A stretch of DNA of 64,000 nucleotides from positions 78,864,001 to 78,928,000 of the forward strand of contig OX597815.1 in assembly GCA_951406725.2 (NCBI GenBank), written 5' to 3'. Shown one piece after another: positions 1 through 12,810 of this stretch. Position numbers and translations under genes: made by a program. Source of the DNA: Octopus vulgaris. Taxonomy: Eukaryota. Every line of letters starts with the position of its first letter. Position 1 is the stretch's first letter. The notes below the pieces were generated by a model. It had not been told where the DNA came from. It saw only the letters and a list, made by a program, of their open reading frames with translations, and did no database searches.

Positions 1-37
<37 letters not shown>

Positions 38-38
<1 letters not shown>

Positions 39-260
39 TCTTTACTCTCTTTTGCTTGTTTCAGTCATTTGACTGTGGCCATGCTAGAGCAACTCGACCT
101 CAGGACTTATTCTTTGTAAGCCTAATACTTATTCTATCGGTCTCTTTTGCCGAACCGCTAAGTTACGGGGACGTAAACACACCAGCATCGGTTGTCAAGC
201 GATGTTGGGGGGACAAACATAGACACACAAACAAACAAACACATACACACACATGCACGC

Positions 261-299
<39 letters not shown>

Positions 300-300
300 C

Positions 301-353
<53 letters not shown>

Positions 354-492
354 TATACATATATGCGACGGCCTTCTTTCAGTTTCCGTCTACCAAATCC
401 ACTCACAAGACTTTGGTCGGACCGAGGCTATGGTAGAAGACATTTGCCCAAGGTACCACGTAGTGGGACTTGAACCCGGAACCATGTGGTTC
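38..492 (-). mobile_element. tRNA-derived SINE family A (CORE-like 'accttgggcaa' domain, internal (TG)n). Other copies at about 1297-1750, 5861, 19775, 23095, 28751, 33248, 38580, 45425, 56155, 62960
   Basis: Recurrent colinear copies with a GGTTCAGTCCC B-box-like head and a ccagcatggc..gtaaaaga tail. Confidence 0.85.
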
Positions 493-2306
493 GTAAACAT
501 CGCATATTTTTAGCTTTCGGAAAACAGTAAACTATTGTTAGTGATTATTTATATTTCTTTGTTTTACCGAAATTATCTAAAATTTTTCTTAATATTTTTT
601 TAATATTGAGCTAACATTAATACCTAGCCTTCTCCCAAGTTTATGGAAAGTCTCAGAAAAAAAAAGCATATACTCTATGACCTTCGTGCATATATATCAC
701 CCTATGCAGAGTTTCAGAGACCCATGTGCGAGACAGTGACCTTCAATATGAAACATGCATCCACTTTTTATATATTAAGATTATACATCAAAATAAGGCG
801 TCGAGATGGCTGAACCGTTATCACACCGGACAAAATGCTTTGCGACATTTCTGTCGGCTTTGTGTTCCGAGCTCAAATTCCGCTGAATTTGACTTTACTT
901 TTCATCTCTTTCGGGGTCGATAAAATAAGTATTAATTGAATACTGGGGTCAACGAAAAACAGCTAGCCCTGTCCCCGCCAAATTTCAGGTCTTCTGCCAA
1001 AATTTGAAAACAAATTGTGACATCATGGTTTTTACATTATGCTCGAATGTTCTCTCAGCCACACAGATGATATTCATTCCATGGTCGCCCTACAAGACAT
1101 ATACATATACGCAAGTGTATCCTACAATGATTGTGTTTCTTAATAACTTTCAGAAAAACGGATATTTTTTAATGTAATCTCCAGATAGCTTTTATATGGT
1201 GTAGATTACGGTTCTAATGGAATTTAATGTTAAAAAGGTAAAAATAGTGGGTGCACGCACTCATACATTCTGACACACATCACATCGTTTCTATATGGTA
1301 ACAAGCTTGCTTCCCAACCATATAGTTCCGGGTTCAGTCCCACTGCGTGGCACCTTGGGCAAGTGACTTCTACTATAGCCTCGGGCCGACCAAAGCCTTG
1401 TGAGTGGATTTGGTAGACAGAAACTGGAAGAAACCCGTCGTACACACATGCACACATGCACACACACACACACACACACATAATATATACACACACGCAT
1501 ATATATATGTACACACATATACACACACATATATGTATGTATATATTTGTGTGTGTGTGTGTCTTGTTTGTACCCCACCATCCCTTGACAACAGATGCTG
1601 CTGTGTTTATGTCCCCGTAACTTAGCGGTTCTGCGAAAGAGAGCGATAGAATAAATAATAGGCTTACAAAAATGTCTTGAAATCGATTTCTTCGACTAAC
1701 GCGGTGTTCTAGCATAACTGCTGTCAAATGACCGAAACAAGTAAAAGATATATACATGTATATATAAAAAATTAGAAAAAACCCACCTTTTATCAATTCA
1801 AAATGAACAATTAAATTACACCATCCAGAGAATTACATATATTAGAAATATTTAAATTAAAAATAATAAAATTTCAATGATTTTATATATATATATTATA
1901 TTGTGTGAAATTTGATTTAATATTTCTAAATTGAATTTTAGCACTATGACTCGGCGTTGCCGAATCATAGTGCTAGTGCATGCATACACAGTTGCATGCG
2001 TGCGCACATACACACGAGTACTCTCCAAATCTCCGACCAATCACATACAGCTAGCTGGCATTCAATTGGCGTATCAAGTTTCGGGCATTTTGATTGGGCT
2101 TTGGATAGAAAATTCACTAAAAATTCACTTATATTGATTTTTTAATGGCATTGCGGGATGATTGGGGAAATGTACAGATGTGCACGACCACCCTTGGACG
2201 GTTTTCAATGACCATAGAAAGTGCGAGCCGCCTAACTGAAAAATTGTGGATTTGTATAAAGGACACACACACAGACAGACACTTTTGCCGTTTATATATA
2301 TATATA

Positions 2307-2945
2307 CTAGCAGTATCGCCCGGCGTTGCTCGGGTTTGTAAGGGAAATAACTATATAAGCATTTTTAGAGAGTTATAGCCAAAAAATAGCAAAAAATGCA
2401 TTAAAAATGGAAAAAATATTATGGTAAATTTTTTGAAAAATCGTTGACTCATCGTAGACATTTTTAGAGAGTTACTTCCCTTATATAATAGCGAAAAAAT
2501 GCATTAAAATGGAAAAAAAAAACGATGGTAAATTTTTTTTTAAATCGTAGACTCATGTAGACGCTTTCTTAGCCATTTCTGTTTTGGTGTCTTCAAGCCA
2601 TGAAGTCGTTGTTCTAAAAGAACGCTGGTCTCCTTGACAACGCATTACGACGTTGATTTCCTTACACTCCCTTCCCCACAGGTGCAGGTGTGAGTGTGGA
2701 CGCCAACTCCGCCGCCATCGACACACGAAAAATTATGCATTAAAATGGAATAAAAAATGATGTTAAATTATTTTTAAAATCGTAGACTCATCGTAGACGC
2801 GCGCTAATACTCAGACGGGCTCGATATGAATCACGACTATAAGCTGCCCGAATTTGGTTAAACTACACCGCAAAATGTGGGAGTAGTTAGGAATCTAAAT
2901 CGAAGGGGACAGACACTCACACAACTACAGTTTTATATATATAGA
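2307..2945 (-). mobile_element. Non-autonomous Helitron
   Basis: Minus strand A|TCTATATATATAAAACTG...CCCGAGCAACGCCGGG hairpin + CGATACTG CTAG|T; A-T insertion site, no TSD. Confidence 0.85.
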
Positions 2946-2974
2946 TATACATAGCGCAGTAGTGGTGAGATGTG

Positions 2975-3398
2975 ACAGCAAAGAAAAGCATACATTCACT
3001 CTCTGCATGCAATTAGACTCGGAAAGTTCGTGAGGAACCCATTGACCCAATTTGCTGACTTTTCCGATAGCACACAGGTCTCAATGAATGGTTGAATGAC
3101 CAAATCCAAGCTTCTCTGCTAGTTCCTCAACAGTTACGATGAGATTTTGTTCCACCAGGGTTTTCAGGATGTCCTTGTCGAGTTCTACAGATCTTTCAGG
3201 ATGAGGCTCGTCTTCTAGGCTGTTCCAATATAGCTTTGAAAAAAATAGCTGTTAAAATCGAAATGCACTCTTCAAAACTTGCACTATGAATAAGGACAAG
3301 ATAAAATTACTACCTGCTTTTATAGCAAGTTAATATAAGTAGTTTATCCCATTCCTCTCTGACTTTTAGTTCAAGCTGTTGAAAAAACCGCATTATTA
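2975..3398 (-). mobile_element. Deleted fragment of the same mariner family as 17463-18735
   Basis: Reverse complement aligns with about 17480-17650 and 17800-18050. Confidence 0.85.
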
Positions 3399-3399
3399 T

Positions 3400-3442
3400 A
3401 TATATATACATACATACATACATACATACATACATACATACA

Positions 3443-3474
<32 letters not shown>

Positions 3475-3710
3475 CACACGCACTCTCTCTCTCACACACA
3501 TGCACACATTTATATTCTGTTATTCTTTTATATGTTTCAGCCTTGAGGTTGTGGCCATGCTGGATCATGTGTGTGTGTGTGTGTGTGTCTATCTGTCTGT
3601 CTGTCTGTATGTATATATGTATATGTATGTGTGTGAACAATAATATTTTCAACAGATGTGTTGCAAATGTATCTGATTGTTCTCAAGCTTCAATACTGTG
3701 TGTGTGTGTA

Positions 3711-3741
<31 letters not shown>

Positions 3742-3835
3742 ATGTATGTATGTATGTATGTGTGTATGTATGTATGTGTGTGTGTATGTATGTATGTATG
3801 TGTGTGTGTATGTATGTATGTATGTATGTATGTAT
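3400..3835. repeat. (TACA)n/(TG)n/(TATG)n microsatellite cluster, representative of many (TA)n and (CA)n tracts in the window
   Basis: Directly visible; source of the spurious CV/MY/HT-rich ORFs. Confidence 0.95.
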
Positions 3836-4263
3836 GAGTGTTCCTCAAATCACTATCTCTGGCTATTTACTCTCTTCCAAGAACATTTTCACTCACACTT
3901 ATGTGTTAGCTTCCCATACATTTTACTCATGTATCTATCAGCGTGATAGAGAGAAACAAATATTACATCTAGTTTCACTTTATTCGTTGCCCACTGTGTG
4001 TGTGCGTTTGCGTGTGGTGTAAACCAGACTAAGAAAAGCATTTGACACACACACCAGAATGTGAGTTTTCTGTAAATTTTGCTTAATTGGAGTTTAAATT
4101 TTAAAAACTGGACCTGGCATGACGCGATGCATTGTACTCTTAAAATTGCTAGGTAAATTGTAATTGAAGAAATCCTATATTGTAGATTTGTATAACTCCC
4201 AAAGGGAGGCAGATAAAATCTGCCTTTTATAATAAGAGATATATATATATACTTTATTTAAAG

Positions 4264-4613
4264 CAGCAGAAAATTCAACAAAATCTGTTACTCTGAGTTT
4301 CTCGTTGCCGTTCATCAGACAGTTTTTGCTAGAATGGAACCGATATATCAATTCAATCCAGACTCTTACAAACGCTACACCTTTAAAAAAATGGACTTGT
4401 TTGATTGGCCCTTTAGAAATAACGGTCAATCTTCGAGCGATAAACAAAAAAATGAGCTCAAAAATATATGTATATATATATTTACTAATGTATCCATCTG
4501 TTAAATATATATATATATACTTCGATACAGTCGAGAGTCAACAATTTGTAACGCTTGTTGTTGAGGTGCTGGTTGCCAAAATGCAAGATGGAAGACAACG
4601 ATCGAAGTTTTAA
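4264..4613 (+). CDS. Candidate last two coding exons (about 4264-4469 and 4531-4613) of an unidentified upstream gene
   Basis: Non-repetitive island. AAG-CAG-CAG acceptor; frame ..KFNKICYSEFLVAVHQTVFARMEPIYQFNPDSYKRYTF..NELKNI joins across a 61-nt GT-AG intron to FESQQFVTLVVEVLVAKMQDGRQRSKF*; AATAAA at 4677-4682. No homology recognised. Confidence 0.35.
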
Positions 4614-6022
4614 GGAAATACTTATTTAGCGTTACTTTGTATAATGCCTTGCTTCGATGGGCAGGTGTATGTGTCAAATAAAAAGAATAGTTATCTTTTC
4701 TTGTATGCTGTTGCTGTTTATGTTTGGTCAACTTCTAGAGGAAGATAGAGTGAATGTTAAATGAAGTGAGTCGATAAAATGATACCTTCATGGTGGCTGA
4801 CATTTAAACAGCAGTGGTGTTGTGATAAAACACTGTATCATAGTTGACATCCTCACTGTAAGCCTTCTCTCAGTTGAATAATCTCACCAACTGGATTCTG
4901 CCTGTGGTCACCTCTACGTCATCTCCTTTTTGCCCTCTAGCTTTTTCCTACGGTGTGGTAGTATTTATAATTTTCCAAACTAGTTAGAAGGAGAGACATA
5001 TTGTTGAGAACAATAGATTTCGTTGGCGGTCTGATATCTCTATTCTAGTTTTTGGTGGCCTAGAAGAGGTTAGAAGGGTCAAGTGGCAAAGACATTATTC
5101 TGCATATTTTTAGCTTCTTTCGGAAAACAGTAAACTGTTGTTAGAGATTAATTATATTTCATTGTGTTTTACCGAAATTATCTAAAGTTTATCTTAATAT
5201 TTTTTTAATATTGAGCTAACATTAATACCCAGCCTTCTCCAAGTTTATGGAAAGTCTCAGAAAAAAAAAAGCATATACTCTATGACCTTCGTGAATATAT
5301 ATCATCCTATGCAGAATTTCAGAGACCCATGTGCGAGACAGTGACCTTCAATTTGAAACATGTATTCACTTTTTATATATTAAGATTATACATCAAAATA
5401 GGCGCCGAGATGGCTGAACCGTTATCACACCGGACAAAATGCTTTGCGACATTTCTGTCGGCTTTGTGTTCCGAGCTCAAATTCCGCTGAATTTGACTTT
5501 ACTTTTCATCTCTTTCGGGGTCGATAAAATAAGTATTAATTGAATACTGGGGTCAACGAAAAACAGCTAGCCCTGTCCCCGCCAAATTTCAGGTCTTCTG
5601 CCAAAATTTGAATGTTCTCTCAGCCACACAGATGATATTCATTCCACGGTCGCCCTACAAGGCATATACATATACGCAAGTGTATCCTAAAATGATTGTG
5701 TTTCTTAATAACTATCAGAAAAACGGATATTTTTTAATGTAATCTCCAGATAGCTTTCATATGGTGTAGATTACGATTCTAACGTAATTTAATGTTAAAA
5801 AGGTAAAAATAGTGGGCGCACGCACTCATACATTCTGACACACATCACATCGTTTCTATATGGTAACAAGCTTGCTTCCCAACCACATAGTTCCGGGTTT
5901 AGTACCACTGCGTGGCACCTTAGGTAAGTGATTTCTTCTATAGCCTCGGGCCGACCAAAGCCTTGCGAGTGGATTTGGTAGACAGAAACTGGAAGAAGCC
6001 CGTCGTACACAAATGCACACAT

Positions 6023-6080
<58 letters not shown>

Positions 6081-6478
6081 CTCAATGTACATATTGTCTG
6101 AATTCTAACAAAAAGGAAAGCATTTACTTTAAAAAATGTGTAGAAACATAAAAATGGTAAGTACGCTTGAATGACTAGACTTTCAACGGCCGGAGGAAGT
6201 TCAAAATGTCAACGTATCCTCATTAATCTGTAAGAGCTGAGAGAAGAAAACAAAAGACTTTAAATTTAAAGTTTAAAATGCTGATTTTTCTACGACCAAA
6301 AATTCTTCAAGCTGGTGCCCCAGCATGGCTGCAGTCCAATGACTTAAAGAAGTAAGAATAAAAGAGAAAAAAGAGTGAAAAGATAACAGAAGGCTTGTCT
6401 TATATGGTTAAAGAATATATTTAAATCGTTATGTTAGAAAAATGTTATAAAATTTTGCGTATAGTAACATAGTTGTTG

Positions 6479-6517
6479 GAGAAATAACCGGTTTCGTATT
6501 TTCTTTTCAAATTTCTC
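6479..6517 (-). ncRNA. Mirror copy of the U3:A8 hammerhead motif in the inverted repeat
   Basis: Exact reverse complement of 8220-8258. Confidence 0.7.
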
Positions 6518-8219
6518 AAATTTCTTTACCTATATCGTGTCATGTCTTCGCGATGTTGTGAAATATGGAGTTCCAGGCAGGTAATCAGGGATGTTTTCCG
6601 GTATAAGGGAGATAATAAAAAATGTTGGGAATGACTAGGTTTAATTAATTTAACATGATTTGGTTTAGAAGGGATACAATGTTACAAGTGGTTTGGTTTT
6701 GCTTTATATTTTTTCAATGAGGTGAGTTTCCTTATTAAAAAAGGTTAGAAATGGTTAAGTTTTGGCTTATATTTATCAATGAAGAAGGTTTCCTTATTTA
6801 ATCTAACTTGTGTTGATGTAGGGCAGCCCCAGTCATTGCGAACCTAAAAATGGTCTACCCGGAAGTAATAATATACCAGGAATCTTTATCTAGCTTTGGA
6901 AACCCCCCTTTCCCAATACGTAAAAGAAAATTGGAAAAGATTCCTAGACGACTGTTTCATACTCTGGAATGAAAACACAAATAAACATATGAAATTCAAA
7001 TGGCTATTGAACAGCGTCAACCCAAACATACAGTTCACAATGGAGTACAACGAAAAGGAACTTTCATTCTAAGATATACTAAATAAAAAATAGACTTAAA
7101 AATAGAAACGGACATTTTTATACAAAACCACAGACGCCAAACAATACCTATTTAATTCATGCCGCCCAAGACACACCAAAACAAACATCCCCTTCAACCT
7201 TGCAAGAAGGATATGCACAATAGTGTCAGAACAAAATACCAGAGACTTTAGACTGCAAGAACTAAAAAACACCCTAATTGACAGACACTACCCAGTTCAA
7301 CTCATAGAGGATGGAATCAGACGTGCAACACAAATCGACGTAGAAACCTTAAGAAAAGTTCAACACAGCGACACGCCTTCCCCAAAAATACTGCCGTACA
7401 TATCCACATGCAACCCTAGAAACAAAGAAGCCTTCACCATCATCACCCAAAATTTACCAATGCTACATAAGGACCCCAAATCAAAGGAAATTTTACACAT
7501 GCATAAAATCATTAAAAGCTACAAACAACCGAAGTCACTAAAAAAGTTCCTCACAAAGGCAAAATTATTTTCTAGAATAACGGATGCAAAAGTGAAAAAA
7601 TGTGGTAGACCAAATTGCGCAACATGCCCAAACATTCTTAAAGGATCAGAATTCCTTTTCAAAGAGGGACAAAAATTCAAAATCAAATCTGACTTTACTT
7701 GTGCTTCAGAAAACCTGATTTATGTTATAAGATGCTCGGGTTGTCACCAAATCCACGGGATTATGGCTCAGACGCAGATGCACTCTGCATCGACAGCAGA
7801 TTGCATTCCCAGAATACAGAATGATACCCTTTAGTGAACATATTGAGAAATGAGCAAAGCAAATGCTACCACAATTTGAAATCTTTCCATTCTATCAATG
7901 TGCCATTGGAACACCAACACAAGTTAGATTAAATAAGGAAACCTTCTTCATTGACAAATATAGGCCAAAACTTTACCATATCTAACATTTTTAAATAAGA
8001 AAACTCACTTCATTGAAAAAAATATAAAGCAAAACCTAACCACTTGTAACATTGTATTCCTTCTAAACCGAATCATGTTAAATTAATCAAACCTGGTCAT
8101 TCCCAACATATTTGATTATCTCCCTTATACCGGAAAACATCCCTGATTACCTTCCCCTGCCTGGAACTCCATATTTCACAACATCGCGAAGACATGACAC
8201 GATATAGGTAAAGAAATTT

Positions 8220-8258
8220 GAGAAATTTGAAAAGAAAATACGAAACCGGTTATTTCTC
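8220..8258 (+). ncRNA. Minimal type-I hammerhead ribozyme motif (U3:A8 variant) in the Penelope 3' repeat
   Basis: GAGAAAT-TTGAAAA-G aaaata C-GAAA-CCGG-T-T-ATTTCTC: 7-bp stem I, 1-bp stem II, palindromic ACCGGT at stem III. Confidence 0.7.
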
Positions 8259-8596
8259 CAACAACTATGTTACTATACGCAAAATTTTATAACATTTTTC
8301 TAACAAAACGATTTAAATATATTCTTTAACCCTATAAGACAAGCCTTCTGTTATTTTTTCACTCTTTTTTGTCTTTTATACATCCAACCATTATATATAA
8401 TCAAAATAAGCTACAAGTATATCCGAGGTAATACTTATTGCTTATTTTGATTGTAATCACCCCGTGGATTTATATGGATAATACCATACAAAATTCTGGT
8501 GCCTTCGACTTAAGTACCATATTCATCTGAATCTAAATTTTTCTGAACTTAGATATATATATATATATATATATAAAATAAACAAAAGACGAAGGC

Positions 8597-8681
<85 letters not shown>

Positions 8682-8683
<2 letters not shown>

Positions 8684-10070
8684 GTAGCGAGCAAAAAATG
8701 AGAACAATTTTTTTTTTAAAATTTCGGAAAAGCTAGTAAATGTACAAATTCGTAACTGATTTCGTAAATACAGTTAACCATTAACTAAATTCCATGAAAA
8801 ATCTAAGTTTGTACAATGGTCTTAATAAAGTTAATAATACTAAAACTGGTTTCGCTCAAATGTCTCATGTGCAAAATAAGAGAACGATCAAACCAAAATA
8901 TGCTTCAATTGACTCAAAACCATAATAATGATTGAAAGAAATGTAAATATGAACTTAATACACTTCGTATGATGTTTGTAGACCTTTCTTGGCGATCCGA
9001 TCACCTCTGCACATCAATTGCCACAGGACATAACAAGTTTCCTGCACAAGTCAGGTGTTACTTTCTTCCATTCCTCTTCTTATATCTCCCATAAATTCGT
9101 CGTAGTAGTTGGTACCCTTTGTATTACATTATCTCCAAGTATCTTCCAAAGGTTTTCAATTGGATTTAAGTCTGGACTTTGTGCTGGCCACCTCCTTGCT
9201 TGGATATTTTGTTCACTAAAGAATCCAGTGACAGGCCTTGCAGTATGACAAGGGGTATTATCTTGCAAGAAAATGCACGGTTGATTTGGAAATGTTCGTA
9301 ACGATAGGATCACATGCTGTTTAACCAAATTTAAATAGATATTAGCATTAATAGTCTCTTTAATCTGCACTAGAGGGCCAACTCCTTCAGAAGAAATCAT
9401 TACCCACACACTGACGCTTCCTCCTTTAAACTTGGCAGATTTCTTCAGGCACTTGGATTTTAGCCGATCTCCTGTGATGCGCCTAACATACTGTCTACCG
9501 TGTGAACCTAGTAAATTGAATTTGCTTTCATCGCTAAAATGAACTTTTGACCAATTTTCATCTCTCCATTTCACATGAGTTCTGGAAACGAAAGCCTTTC
9601 CAACTTGTTCTTCTTGCTGATGGTTGGTTTCGTTGCCGGGGAACAAGTTTTTAATCCAGATTCCTTCAGACGACGACACGCTGTAAAGCGGCTCCCATCC
9701 ATACCATTATTTTATTTTATTTTCTTAGAAATTCCAGCCGCAGTCTCGAAAGTATCCTTCAATACGTACCGTTTCATGGCTCCATTATCTCACATGGGGG
9801 TTTTACGTGGTCTACCAGTTGCCTTTTTTTGGTTCAAATCCTTTAGTTTCTTCATAGAGCTTAAGAACACATGAAGCTACACTATTAGATCTCCTTCCGT
9901 CTCGTGAAATACCGAGCGAGACATTCCTGAAACTGTCATCTTGACAATTTCTTTTCGGAGATTGAGAGTAAATTTAGCGTGGTGTGCCATGTTCGGAAGC
10001 TAGCACAATAATGAGACGGTAGTAACGTTGAGCCTGCAAATGTAAACAATGTGTAGCGTACGCTAAGTGA

Positions 10071-10133
<63 letters not shown>

Positions 10134-11328
10134 ATATATAACATAAATACGGACGTAGCAGATATCAGCTAGCCTTCGGCCGCTTGGACCCTGTTGTGTC
10201 CACTACTCTGATTGGTTGGTATTGGCGCAATTTGTCTCATTCTCTATTACGCACCAATGTGCGACCCAACCAATCGCAGCCTTCTGATAAGGTTCCGTGA
10301 CACAATCTTCTAAATTTCCGGTTGGAGCCTCCTAGTTCCCTATAAAAGCTAGATCAACAAACCGTATTTCGTCTTTCGTTCTAGACCTTCTAAGGTCTCA
10401 CCACTGACCACAGAGCACACAGCCAGTTCCAACGACAGACTACACCAGCAACAACATGGAGAAACATCAACACTTCGTCTAGCAGCATAAAGGACCGCCA
10501 TCTCCGCTGCTACGTTCACAGCAACATTCGCTCAGGTTTCACTTCTCACTGTTTGTGAATTCCTTTACCGTGATTAACAGTAAGCTCAACCTGCGAGAAC
10601 ATTCAGTATCAAGTAACAGGCACAGCATAGTAGCCACAACCGCTTACACGACACGTGCTTCAACCGACTCTGAAGCAGCCACAACTTCTTGTTATAGAAC
10701 TTCAGCTATTGTGTACCTTACTACGAACTGGTATTTATCTTCTTTGTGTCTGAACTTCTTCTAGCGTCCTATTGTACACTCTTTCAATGCTCTATATTTT
10801 ATCTCACACGCATACACCCTTGTTTGTACACACATACACATTATGTATGCATGACGGCCTGTCTATTGTTATTATTGTATATGTACTTATGTCGCACATA
10901 CAGACACACTTTGCTAACACCTAAATAAAAACTTTCTCTTAAACATTCTACGGTTGTGCCGTCTTTCTTTTCCTTCTGGCACTCATACCCATTTATCCAT
11001 TTTTTATTTTATTGTAAGCGACCGTGCGGTGTACTAAAGGAGTCATTCATTCGTCACCTCTCCTTTCGCACGGTCATTCTACAAATGTTTGAAATTTCCA
11101 GAAATTTCTGGAGAAAACGAACCGTTCTCTTATTTTGCACATGAGACATTTGGAGAGAACTAGTGTTAGTGTTATTAAATTTCTTAAGACCATTGTACAA
11201 AGTTAGATTTTTCAAAGAATTTAGCTAATGGTTAATCATATTTACTAAACCAATTACGGATTTGTACGTTCACTAACATGTCCGACATTTAAAAAATATT
11301 AATCGTTCTCTTTTTTTGCTCGCTACTG
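8682..11328 (-). mobile_element. Tc1-family (DD34E) DNA transposon with long IR/DR-type TIRs and a decayed transposase at about 9990-8956
   Basis: About 210-bp TIRs (tagtagcgagcaaaaaatgagaac / gttctctttttttgctcgctactg), TA flanks, internal DR gcaaaataagagaacg; motifs GRPRK, FSDESKF, QDNTPCH-34aa-SPDLNPIE. Confidence 0.93.
10052..11083 (+). mobile_element. Solo LTR nested in the Tc1 leader
   Basis: TGTAG...CTACA termini; 4-bp TSD AATG (10048-51 / 11084-87); CCAAT boxes, TATAAAA near 10341, AATAAA near 10924. Confidence 0.85.
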
Positions 11329-11332
11329 TATG

Positions 11333-11370
<38 letters not shown>

Positions 11371-11493
11371 GGTATGTAGAAAAATACAACATATATAACT
11401 CTTAGAAGACGATACAATAAACACGGACAGGACATTCGAAACCCTCAGTCTTCAGTCAAGAACCGGATCATCGTAGTAATTTCGGCTGATTAA

Positions 11494-11543
<50 letters not shown>

Positions 11544-11544
<1 letters not shown>

Positions 11545-11932
11545 TAGCAGTATCACCCGGTGTTGCTTGGATTTGTTTCGACCCTTTAGAATTGGAATTT
11601 TTGAAAAGTAAAAATTTTGCATTATGCAACTTGTTATTCTCTTCAAGTGAACATTTTTCCAGTTGAAATACACCGAAAAATGGTGACACAGCCGTCAAAA
11701 ATCGTAAAAAATAGGGATTTTCATAGAAAAAAAGCACCTTTTTGATGTAAATAATTTTTGGTGTTAACATGGTCCGATTTGAATTTTATCTTCTACAGAA
11801 TGAAGAGCAAGCCTTCTTCTATCATACTCTCAATTTTGGTCAACTTGCGCTGCAGGGTCTCGAAGGAGATAGTGTTAGTTGAAGGCTACCAAACCTGCCA
11901 CACACAGACAACTTCAGCTTTATATATATAGA
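11544..11932 (-). mobile_element. Non-autonomous Helitron (related ends, different interior)
   Basis: a|ctagcagtatcacccggtgttgcttgg ... cagctttatatatataga|t. Confidence 0.82.
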
Positions 11933-12810
11933 TTTGCTACACACTACTTTCCATCCTTAATAATGAAACTTGGTAGATCCAAAAGTTAAACACACAGACA
12001 CACAAGATACACACACAGACACACAAGTTGAGTTTTATATATAGAGATTTCTCAACGGGGATTTCAGGGGAGAGTTTCAGGGAGTCGCTGGCGATGTATC
12101 GTGATGATCAAAAATCCGGCCTGCTAAAATTTGGTTAAAGTGATTCAAACTGCAGACTCAACGCAAAATGGTCACATTTAATTCAAAGCGTTAAAAATGT
12201 TATGAAAACAATTGGTATGTGTTCACAAAGTCCAAACGATTAATACGAAAAAACCCTCCAGGCTACATCCCGAAAATTCATTTCTTTGCCGAATTTCTAC
12301 AATGTTTACGGCGATTCGTTTTTATATCTTGATTTTTTATTTTTCATGCAATTTACGCATGCTTGCAAGCGTGAACACAGTTCACGTCAAACAGCTGACT
12401 GAGTAAAGTTCACTATTCAATGCATGGGATAAGGCCTAAACAAACACATTATCGATTTTTGCACTTGCGAGATGAATTTCGGAACAGAAATAGCGCAGTT
12501 CAATTTTCATTCGCCTAAACTTTAAGTGACCCATTTTTGGTGGGTCTACGATTTGTTGGCTAGGAGGAGATGTGTCGGGAAGTTAAACACACAGACACAC
12601 AAGTTGAGTTTTATATACACAGACACACAAGTTGAGTATATATATATACTAGATATACTATACTATACTATACTATATATATCTTTATGTTCTGAGTTCA
12701 AATTCCACCGAGGTCGACTTTGCCTTTTATCCTTTCGGGGTCGATAAATGAAGTACCAGTTGCGTACTGGTGTCGATCTAATCGACTGGGTCCCTCTCCC
12801 AAAATTTCGG

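Larger units (their letters stand above)
502..6077 (+). repeat. About 1-kb local direct duplication (502-1480 and 5102-6077)
   Basis: Colinear near-identical sequence including embedded SINE pieces; one indel of about 36 bp near 1008-1045. Confidence 0.92.
6358..8378 (+). mobile_element. 5'-truncated, decayed Penelope-like retroelement (Neptune-type Zn knuckle plus GIY-YIG), capped by an inverted copy of its 3' end
   Basis: From about 6820: RAAPVIANL.., WKRFLDDCFILW, IQFTMEY, YKTTDAKQYL..HTKTNIPF, CGRPNCATC, NLIYVIRCSGC, with stops and frameshifts. 6358-6819 is the reverse complement of 7911-8378. Confidence 0.9.

Noticed and set aside
56-1796. ORFs rich in HT/CV/YI repeats (and similar ones across the window)
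   Set aside because: Translations of (CA)n/(TA)n microsatellites inside SINEs
11400-11495. Minus-strand CTGAAGA...CGAA and CCGAAA segments resembling a hammerhead
   Set aside because: No closing stem I or II could be drawn; the repeat is truncated by (TA)n
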